Shown piece by piece: positions 9,338 to 16,843 of a DNA stretch of 44,517 nt (positions are counted from its first letter, which is position 1; the number at the start of each line of letters is the position of its first letter). The DNA is taken from the NCBI GenBank assembly GCA_964529295.1, contig CAZGUR010000003.1:1-44517 (forward strand), written 5' to 3'. The stretch is from an uncultured Rikenellaceae bacterium. GTDB taxonomy: Bacteria; Bacteroidota; Bacteroidia; Bacteroidales; VadinHA17. Below the pieces are notes generated by a model, which worked only from the letters and a program-made list of their open reading frames with translations, did not search any database and was not told the origin of the DNA. The translations under genes and the position numbers were made by a program.

Positions 9338-9357
9338 TTGATTGAACGGTCAGTCAA
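9338..9357. promoter_or_regulatory. Imperfect 20-bp palindrome, candidate TetR operator
   Basis: ttgattgaac|ggtcagtcaa; the half-sites match at 8/10 positions. It lies 36 bp upstream of the TetR start codon. Confidence 0.3.
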
Positions 9358-9515
9358 ATATATAAAACAAAAATACACTTGTCAAGTTTTTTTTCCCTGA
9401 AGAGCACTGTCACAGCTCCTTTTAAGCTTACTGAATGAGCGTTTTATGACAGAATTTGCAGGCAAATACTAACATGAAGAAATACCCGTACAATAATTAT
9501 CCGCTATTAATGTTT

Positions 9516-9523
9516 TATTTTTG
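9516..9523 (+). promoter_or_regulatory. Candidate Bacteroidota -7 box (TAnnTTTG)
   Basis: TATTTTTG lies 46 nt upstream of the ATG at 9569. It overlaps the TTG at 9521 used by the ORF track, which argues against that start. Confidence 0.3.
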
Positions 9524-9568
9524 AAAGATTTTTTATCTTTAACAGGTTATATACAAACATTTTCAGCA

Positions 9569-11209
9569 ATGGCTAAGCTCAAACTGTCCCTTGGATTAAT
9601 CCCCTCAACATCAAAGATAGAGCAGGAAGAAAATGCCCTTATCGAAGAATTTGAAAAACTCAAAAAATTCTCTGAATCTGATGAACTGAAACGGTTCAAT
9701 GAACTGGATGCCCGTGTTAAATCAACTGATTTTCAAACACAGAAGAAACATATAGAGGGTCTCAGCTTTAAAGAATCAGAAGAGTATAATAAGCAGGAAG
9801 AATTCAAAAAGCTGGATAAGAGCAAGGATATTAAAATGTATTTAAAGACGCGCGACAGCGTGGATCTTAAGAAATACAGGGAACTGGAAGGCTCGGATAA
9901 GATAAAGCGTTTCGAAGAGCTGGAAAAAATCATTAATTCCCCCGAGTTCAGGAATAAACAGAAGATGAAGCCCATCACCTTCAAGAGCACCGAAGAATAC
10001 AACAAGTATAAGGAATATAAAAAGCTCAGGTCTGATTCAAATGTTAAGGCTTATAATAAGCTGTTAAAGAAGGGAAAGAAAGACGAAGCAGAGAAGCTGA
10101 CGGAGCTTGCAAGCATAAACCAATATGTTGTTCTTGGCGAATTTATCAACTCGGAGGCCTTCCTCCAGAAGAAGAATATGAAGCCGGTCACTTTTAAAGA
10201 CACAGAGGAGTATAAGCTGCTGCAGGAATACAAAAACCTTAAAAGCGACCCGGATATTAAGTTCTTCTTCAAGTTCAAAAACTCCAGGGAACTGGCAAAT
10301 TTCGATAAGCTGAACGGCTCGCAGAAAGTGTCAAGACATGAAGAGCTGAAGCAGTACCTGCAGACAGATGAATTTAAGGAAAGGAAAGAATACCTCCTTG
10401 ATAAAAAGCGTTTCGAGAAATCCGATCTTTACCAGCTGGAGCAGGAATATGAAAAGCTTAAAAAGAGTGATGATATTACCTGGTATTTCAAGGTTAAGGA
10501 TTCCGATAAATTTGATTTTATCAAGAACAGGGAATTAACATTCAGTGATGAATTCAACGAGGACAGTCTGGATACAAAAAAATGGCTTACCAACCACTAC
10601 TGGGGCGACAGGCTCCTGAACGACAGGTACTCACTGGAAAATGACCTTCATTGTTATACAGAATCCGGTAATTTTGATATAGGCAGCAGTATACTCAGCA
10701 TAAGCACGCGGCCTGAGAAGAAGGAAGGGAAAGTATGGAACCCGGAGCTGGGCGGATTCAGGTTAAAAGAATTTGATTTTACCAGCGGCATAATCAATAC
10801 GGGTAAGAGTTTTCGCCAGAAACACGGAATATTCAAGGCCAAGGTGAAGCTGAATACAGCTACAGGTCCAAGGCATGCATTTTACCTCCTGGCCGACAAG
10901 GTAACACCTCATATCGACGTGTGCCGCAGCGGTAAAGGGAAGGTATGGATGGACCTGTTTGCCAACGGTAAAAAATCATCCAGAACATCCATCAGCTCAA
11001 AATACGGAAGAGGTTTTTATATTTACACCCTGGAATGGACTCCCGGCAAAATAATATGGAAAATAAATGACCATGAGGTCTTCCGCCAGACATCAGACAT
11101 CCCTGATGAACCCATGTATATTAACTTTTCCGGTGGACTCGAAAAGCCCATGACAGGGTCCAGCTCAATGGAGATTGACTGGGTGAGAATTTACCGTCAT
11201 GTTAATTGA
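9569..11209 (+). CDS. GH16-fold (concanavalin-like) domain protein with N-terminal Lys/Glu-rich helical repeats; catalytic motif degenerate
   Basis: The C-terminal ~230 aa aligns by eye with GH16 laminarinases (FTSG..., HAFYLL, FYIYTLEWTPGKIIWKIND, MEIDWVRIYR). The N-terminal ~320 aa has 3-4 copies of a module ...S.ELKRF.EL....S.EF.....MKP(I/V)TFK.TEEY....EYK.L.SD..IK... No signal peptide with the ATG start. Confidence 0.75.
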   Translation: MAKLKLSLGLIPSTSKIEQEENALIEEFEKLKKFSESDELKRFNELDARVKSTDFQTQKKHIEGLSFKESEEYNKQEEFKKLDKSKDIKMYLKTRDSVDLKKYRELEGSDKIKRFEELEKIINSPEFRNKQKMKPITFKSTEEYNKYKEYKKLRSDSNVKAYNKLLKKGKKDEAEKLTELASINQYVVLGEFINSEAFLQKKNMKPVTFKDTEEYKLLQEYKNLKSDPDIKFFFKFKNSRELANFDKLNGSQKVSRHEELKQYLQTDEFKERKEYLLDKKRFEKSDLYQLEQEYEKLKKSDDITWYFKVKDSDKFDFIKNRELTFSDEFNEDSLDTKKWLTNHYWGDRLLNDRYSLENDLHCYTESGNFDIGSSILSISTRPEKKEGKVWNPELGGFRLKEFDFTSGIINTGKSFRQKHGIFKAKVKLNTATGPRHAFYLLADKVTPHIDVCRSGKGKVWMDLFANGKKSSRTSISSKYGRGFYIYTLEWTPGKIIWKINDHEVFRQTSDIPDEPMYINFSGGLEKPMTGSSSMEIDWVRIYRHVN

Positions 11210-11355
11210 TCCGCAGTAACAGCTTATTAACTAATTATTGGAAATAGCGGGCCGGCCCTCAGGTTGTGCCCGCCTGAAATTAAACAGCTATGATCAGAGA
11301 TACATTAAACCTCAAACATTTGGGTATGATGTACCCTCATAAAAATCAGACATAT

Positions 11356-13005
11356 ATGATCAACAGATATTTTTTAATAATTTTTATCCTGCTTGTACTC
11401 GGCCAAAATGCTTACTCTCAGACGGGCAGGTCGCTGACCAGGCAGGATACACTGCGCGGATCAATAACACCCGAAAGGGAATGGTGGGATCTTACCTTTT
11501 ATCACCTTGAAATAAATACCAGTCCGGCCGACTCTTCCCTCTCCGGACATGTCCTTATACGCTACGAGGTTATCAAGGCCCATGACCTTATGCAGGTCGA
11601 CCTCCAGCCACCACTCAGGATTACAAAAATTACCCAGGCCGGCAGGAATCTTGATTTTACACAGGATGGCAATGCCTGGTTTGTCAGACTTCAAGAAAAA
11701 CAGCTGCCGGGTGAATCCAGGGAGATAAGAGTGTATTATAAAGGAAAGCCCAAAGTGAGTCACCGTCCGCCCTGGGATGATGGGATTACCTGGGATTACG
11801 ACAAAAACGGTAAACCATTCTATGCCTCAGCCTGCCAGGGAGGCGGGGCTAGCATATGGTGGCCCTGTAAGGACCATATGTATGATGAACCGGACAGTAT
11901 GAGCTTCAGTGTCACAACGCCCGGCAATCTTATGAACGTGTCCAACGGCAGGTATAAGGGGGTAAGGGAAAATGCTGACGGAACAAAGACATGGCACTGG
12001 TACGTATTAAACCCCATTAATAATTATGGAGTCAATATCAATGTGGGCGATTATGTTCATTTCGGCGAAACATATAAAGGTGAACGGGGCAATCTGGACT
12101 GCGACTATTATGTTTTAAGCTACAACCTTGATAAGGCAAAAGAACATTTTAAGCAGGTCCCGATGATGCTCGAAGCCTTCGAGCACTGGTTTGGCCCCTA
12201 CCCCTTTTATGAAGACGGATATAAACTTGTTGAAGCACCCTACCTGGGAATGGAACACCAGAGCTCGGTAACATATGGCAACAGGTATATGAACGGCTAC
12301 CTCGGGAGGGATATAAGCGGTACCGGATGGGGTGAAAAATTTGATTTTATCATCATCCATGAATCAGGTCATGAATGGTTTGCAAATAATATTACCTACA
12401 GGGATATAGCAGATATGTGGATCCATGAAAGTTTTATCGCCTATTCGGAAGGTCTGTACGCGGAATACTGGTACGGAAAGGAAGCAGGGTTTGAATACCT
12501 CAGGGGCGTGCGTTCAAATATTAATAACGACCGGAACATAATAGGACCCTATAATGTCAACCGTTCCGGCTCCGGCGATATGTACCAGAAGGGGGCCACT
12601 ATGCTGCATATGATAAGGCAGGTAGTGAATGATGATGAAAAATGGAGGGAGATGCTACGCGGACTAAACGAAACCTTCTGGCACCAGACAGTGACAACTG
12701 CACAGATAGAAGGATATATGGACGAGCATACTGATTTTTCACTGGCACCGGTATTTGACCAGTTCCTGCGCAATACCGATATACCCGTTTTTGAATACAG
12801 GTTTACTGACGGCGGACTCAGGTACAGGTGGGGAAATACGGTAAGAGGCTTTGATATGCCTCTGAAAATATACCTGGACGGAGAAGAAAGATGGCTTGAA
12901 TTCGAAGGCAGGGGATGGTCATTTATTGAGGGCATAGAACCCTGTAAACTGACGGTTGATAAAGACTTCTATGTAGCAGTACTGAATATAATGGGTGAAG
13001 AATAA
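11356..13005 (+). CDS. M1-family zinc aminopeptidase (aminopeptidase N-like), secreted
   Basis: HESGHEWF...WIHESF (HExxH-x18-E) and GMEHQ (GxMEN-like exopeptidase motif). The ATG at 11356 gives MINRYFLIIFILLVLGQNAYSQ (signal peptide). Confidence 0.9.
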   Translation: MINRYFLIIFILLVLGQNAYSQTGRSLTRQDTLRGSITPEREWWDLTFYHLEINTSPADSSLSGHVLIRYEVIKAHDLMQVDLQPPLRITKITQAGRNLDFTQDGNAWFVRLQEKQLPGESREIRVYYKGKPKVSHRPPWDDGITWDYDKNGKPFYASACQGGGASIWWPCKDHMYDEPDSMSFSVTTPGNLMNVSNGRYKGVRENADGTKTWHWYVLNPINNYGVNINVGDYVHFGETYKGERGNLDCDYYVLSYNLDKAKEHFKQVPMMLEAFEHWFGPYPFYEDGYKLVEAPYLGMEHQSSVTYGNRYMNGYLGRDISGTGWGEKFDFIIIHESGHEWFANNITYRDIADMWIHESFIAYSEGLYAEYWYGKEAGFEYLRGVRSNINNDRNIIGPYNVNRSGSGDMYQKGATMLHMIRQVVNDDEKWREMLRGLNETFWHQTVTTAQIEGYMDEHTDFSLAPVFDQFLRNTDIPVFEYRFTDGGLRYRWGNTVRGFDMPLKIYLDGEERWLEFEGRGWSFIEGIEPCKLTVDKDFYVAVLNIMGEE

Positions 13006-13579
13006 TATTATTGGCATAAAGCACAGATGCGGCTGGACCGGCAATGACCCGCTGTATATTGAATACCACGATAAAGAATGGGGTGTACCCGTTTATGATG
13101 ATCATAAATTATTTGAGTTCCTTGCGCTGGAATCCTTCCAGGCAGGGCTGAGCTGGCTCACCATATTAAAGAAAAGGGATAATTTCAGAGAGGCTTTCGA
13201 TGATTTCAATTATAATCTGATAGCCGGCTATGATGAAAAGAAAGTAAGTGAATTGCTGGGTAACAGCGGTATTATACGTAACCGGCTGAAAATACATGCA
13301 ATAATCAATAATGCCACGACTTTTATTGAAGTGCAAAAACAATATGGCTCCTTCAGTAATTATATATGGGCCTTTACCGGGGGCAAACCCGTAATCAATC
13401 ATTTTACAAGCCTCAGTGAACTGCCAGCAAAAACCCCGCTGTCAGATACCATAAGCAGGGATCTGAAGCAAAAGGGATTTAAATTCACCGGATCAACCAT
13501 TGTTTATGCCCATATGCAGGCAACAGGTATGGTAAACGATCACCTCGTTTCCTGCTACAGGCATAAAGAGCTATTTTAA
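12995..13579 (+). CDS. tag: DNA-3-methyladenine glycosylase I
   Basis: RCGWTGNDPLYIEYHDKEWGVP, QAGLSWLTILKKR and MQATGMVNDH are collinear with E. coli Tag. GTG start overlapping the upstream gene by 11 nt. Confidence 0.9.
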   Translation: MKNNIIGIKHRCGWTGNDPLYIEYHDKEWGVPVYDDHKLFEFLALESFQAGLSWLTILKKRDNFREAFDDFNYNLIAGYDEKKVSELLGNSGIIRNRLKIHAIINNATTFIEVQKQYGSFSNYIWAFTGGKPVINHFTSLSELPAKTPLSDTISRDLKQKGFKFTGSTIVYAHMQATGMVNDHLVSCYRHKELF

Positions 13580-13658
13580 TATATTCCTGACTTTTCGACC
13601 ACATTCTTTTGATTTTCGAATTAAAATCATATATTTATAAAATAAGTCAGGTCAATAC

Positions 13659-15701
13659 GTGAAATTAAGCAATACAATAAAGTACAGGTTACTTATTACC
13701 ATTGGTATCACAATACTGGTCGCAGCAATATTTGTGAGGCCGGACTTTGAGTATACCGTCAGCATAAGGAATAATACAGCCACGGATAATCGAAAAAGTG
13801 AGTTTTATTGCGATATCAATTCGGATGGCAATACAGAAAGATTTATGTATTACAGTCCTTCCCCCAATACAACTTCCATAATTGCATACGCCAGCGGGGG
13901 AGGGATCATTGAGCAGTATAATTTCAAAGGCAACATGGTGGAATCAGCAAATGTTTTTTTCACCGATTATGATAATAACGGGTACAGGGAGATGTGCCTT
14001 TTCACCCATTGCGCCGACTCCCTGTTTCTGAATATTTTCGAAGTACCCGGAAAAGGTCCCGGTTTCAGTGCCTCTGAGTTTATTGATATTGCCGCTCTCC
14101 AGGACGGGCAGGCAAAATACAGGATAACAGGCGGGGTAACGGAAGATGTTGACGGGGATGCCTTAAGCGAAATATATTTTGCCGTTTCTGCAGGGTTTAC
14201 TGTATGCCCCAGGAATGTTTATTACTATAACCCGGGTAAGGATGCTATCCATAAATCACCCGACAGTGGAACAGGGCCGAGATACACTCTCGATGCCGGC
14301 GATATTGATGGTGACGGCTATATTGAATTATGGGGGCAGGTAGCAGCCTTTGGCAATATAAAAGAACCTGTGCCCTACACTGACCAGAAAGCATGGCTGA
14401 TGGTTTTCAGCCATGAACTGGAATTTGAATTCGAACCGGTCGGTTTTGCAAAGTTTCCGGCCTATATCACCCCTGGGCTTTACACGAAGGATAATAATAA
14501 ATACCTGATCGTCAGTCTCAATTACAGGGGCGGGGATCAGGAATATACAGACCGCCTGATGCTGTATAACGCTGCAGGAAAAAAACTAAAGGATGTAAGC
14601 GCGGCTGAACTGGGACTCGAACAGATTGAAAATTGTTTTATTATAAATGAAAAAATCTTTCTTCACTCACCGGCGCAGGGGTGCCTAACCGAGGTAGACG
14701 GTGATTTCAATCCGCAAAGGAGAGTGGAAAGCGAGCTGTTCAATGGTTATTTATACGGCCCCTACAATCTGGGTCCGGGTAAAAAAAGCATACTCCTTAC
14801 CCTGGTCAATAACTCTCTCTACTTTATTAACAACAAGGGTAAACAGGTCTCGGAAACAGTTCTGACAGGATCGGGAGCCCTTACCTGTGATCCTGTTTTA
14901 ATCAATAATTTTAATGGGTTCACAGGTATTCAGTTTAAAGCCGGCAGCTATAATTACCTTCTCAGTATAACAGAGAATAACAGATGGTTTCTTTTCACAG
15001 TAAAAATAATATCTATTACCGTCATTGTGTTTTTGCTTGTGTTCCTGATCCAGTACATACAGTCAATACAGGATAAGAAAAAAAAAGCATTCGAAAACAC
15101 CCTGAGAGAATACCAGCTGGCAGCAATCAAGAAACAGATAAACCCCCACTTTATCTTTAATGCTCTCACCTCAATATCAGCAATGAATATAAAAGGGGAG
15201 ACCCGGGAAGCCGATGATTACCTGGTCAGGTTTTCAGGACTTATGCGTGAAGTGGTGGAATCATCGGATAAGAACATTGTAAGCCTGGAAGAAGAAATAA
15301 AATTTATAAAGAAATACCTGGAACTGGAAAAATTACGGATCGGCCCTGAACTTAACTTCCGGATAAATATCCCGGAGGAATGCCGGAGCGTGAAGATGCC
15401 GTCTATGTCACTGCACCTTTTTGTTGAAAATGCCATCAAGCACGGACTTGAAGCAAAAAAGGGAAAGAAAATATTATCTGTTGAAGCAAGCTCCGAAAGA
15501 GACTCTGTCATTATTAAAATCCGGGATAACGGCAGAGGTTTCAGTTCCGGTGGCAAAAAGCAGGACTCAACAGGTAAAGGCTTTAGAATAGCTGACCAGG
15601 TGTTTAGTACATATTATCATTTAACAGGAACAAGAATAATGTATGAAAAGGAAGAGGCTGATACCGGTGGTGTGATCATAACATTAAAAATATCTGTATA
15701 A
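13659..15701 (+). CDS. LytS/YehU-type sensor histidine kinase with large FG-GAP-like extracytoplasmic domain
   Basis: N-terminal TM, then ~430 aa with DxDxDG-like loops (DINSDGNTE, DYDNNGYRE, DVDGDALSE, DIDGDGYIE), a second TM, then KKQINPHFIFNAL (His_kinase PF06580 signature) and an HATPase region (FVENAIKHG, IRDNGRGF). Confidence 0.85.
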   Translation: MKLSNTIKYRLLITIGITILVAAIFVRPDFEYTVSIRNNTATDNRKSEFYCDINSDGNTERFMYYSPSPNTTSIIAYASGGGIIEQYNFKGNMVESANVFFTDYDNNGYREMCLFTHCADSLFLNIFEVPGKGPGFSASEFIDIAALQDGQAKYRITGGVTEDVDGDALSEIYFAVSAGFTVCPRNVYYYNPGKDAIHKSPDSGTGPRYTLDAGDIDGDGYIELWGQVAAFGNIKEPVPYTDQKAWLMVFSHELEFEFEPVGFAKFPAYITPGLYTKDNNKYLIVSLNYRGGDQEYTDRLMLYNAAGKKLKDVSAAELGLEQIENCFIINEKIFLHSPAQGCLTEVDGDFNPQRRVESELFNGYLYGPYNLGPGKKSILLTLVNNSLYFINNKGKQVSETVLTGSGALTCDPVLINNFNGFTGIQFKAGSYNYLLSITENNRWFLFTVKIISITVIVFLLVFLIQYIQSIQDKKKKAFENTLREYQLAAIKKQINPHFIFNALTSISAMNIKGETREADDYLVRFSGLMREVVESSDKNIVSLEEEIKFIKKYLELEKLRIGPELNFRINIPEECRSVKMPSMSLHLFVENAIKHGLEAKKGKKILSVEASSERDSVIIKIRDNGRGFSSGGKKQDSTGKGFRIADQVFSTYYHLTGTRIMYEKEEADTGGVIITLKISV

Positions 15702-16288
15702 TGGACAGGTCTTATTTTATACTTGATGACGACCGTCATGCAGTGGACAGGATGGAAGCTTTGATGAAATCATATCCGGCCTTCAGGCACGCCGGCTCTG
15801 AAACATCACCGGAAAAAGCAATCCCGCTAATACTCAGTAACCGGCCGGGTATAATCTTTATTGACGTAGAAATGCCGGAGTATACCGGTATAGACGTTGC
15901 CGCCAGGATAAGAAAAAAAGATTACAGGCCGGTGATAGTATTTGTAACAGCACATGAAAAATACGCCATCCAGGCAATAAAAAACTCCGCATTTGACTAT
16001 ATACTAAAACCCGTCTCCAGAACCGACCTGGAAGAGACTCTTAACAGGATAACAGAAAGGAATAAGGAGAAAAATGTATTCCGGCAAGATGGGCTTCTCG
16101 ATAAACTCACAGCCCGGGAAAAAGAGGTACTGGAACTACTCAGGCTTTGTCTTACCAGCAGGGAGATAGCTGCCAGGATGAATATATCTGCCGAAACAGT
16201 CTATACATACAGGAGAAGGATAATAAAAAAACTGCAGCTGGGATCCACAAAGGAAATACTTATCTTATTCCCCCCGGAAAATCGCTGA
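15701..16288 (+). CDS. Response regulator, receiver + LuxR/GerE-type HTH
   Basis: Receiver motifs: ILDDD, FIDVEMP (acceptor Asp), VFVTAHE, ILKPV. C-terminus LTAREKEVLELLRLCLTSREIAARMNISAETVYTYRRRIIKKL is a LuxR_C-like HTH. The start overlaps the kinase stop (TAATG). Confidence 0.9.
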   Translation: MDRSYFILDDDRHAVDRMEALMKSYPAFRHAGSETSPEKAIPLILSNRPGIIFIDVEMPEYTGIDVAARIRKKDYRPVIVFVTAHEKYAIQAIKNSAFDYILKPVSRTDLEETLNRITERNKEKNVFRQDGLLDKLTAREKEVLELLRLCLTSREIAARMNISAETVYTYRRRIIKKLQLGSTKEILILFPPENR

Positions 16289-16531
16289 GAGGCTAAAATA
16301 TGGCCATTTATCCTGGTCAGTTTCATGGTAATATGCAGGAAGCGCCCTGGCAACAAGTACCACAACTGAAAATCTATTTAAGTGTCAATAATTTTGAGCA
16401 GCCCCCTGTGCGTTGAAATACCCGGTATTGGGTATTTCATCATAGCAACAGGCAGCTTAGCTTTAGCCCTTACAGAGTGTAAAGTATAATAACAAAAAAT
16501 TCTAACCAGACTGTCTTTATGCTCCTCGGGG

Positions 16532-16605
16532 AGCAGGCATAGCACATAATAACAGAACTCCATACCCCCCCATTACCTGATGTGTTTATGCCTGCTTCTA
16601 TTTTT
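16532..16605 (+). other. Long imperfect hairpin followed by a T-rich tract in an ORF-free gap
   Basis: agcaggcatagcacat (16532-16547) pairs with atgtgtttatgcctgct (16580-16596) across a 32-nt loop, followed by tctattttt. It could be a terminator or the 3' end of a small RNA; unproven. Confidence 0.25.
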
Positions 16606-16814
16606 ACAGTATATTATGCCATCCTGATTCTCATTTCTTAGACTGTCCTGTCAGATTACATTTATAACCGTAATCATTAAGCAGATGGACCTGCTGCAGA
16701 ATTAACAGGAGCAGTAAAAACCGATATTTCACAGGGTCAAACTCCATATTTTTTCCTCTCATAGGACAGCTGTTTCCAATACGTGGTCCTGGTATAGGCC
16801 TTAAAATTAAACCC

Positions 16815-16822
16815 TATATTTG
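16815..16822 (+). promoter_or_regulatory. Candidate -7 box (TAnnTTTG)
   Basis: TATATTTG lies 22 nt upstream of the ATG at 16844. Confidence 0.3.
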
Positions 16823-16843
16823 CCCACTGATAACAGACAGAAG

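Noticed and set aside
9521-9568. TTG start for the GH16-like gene
   Set aside because: It overlaps a TAnnTTTG promoter-like box. The added residues are uninformative, and an ATG follows at 9569.
11247-11273. GC-rich hairpin GCGGGC...GCCCGC after the GH16-like gene
   Set aside because: It has no T-tract after the stem, so it was not called as an intrinsic terminator.
13586-13651. 8-bp inverted repeat CCTGACTT...AAGTCAGG flanking ~50 bp between tag and the kinase (possible inverton or terminator)
   Set aside because: The arms are too short, the loop is AT-rich, and there is no recombinase nearby. It is not distinguishable from chance.
16378-16563. 61-aa minus-strand ORF in the long intergenic gap
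   Set aside because: Cys/Tyr-rich odd composition and no start context. It overlaps hairpin-forming repeats, so it is more likely non-coding.
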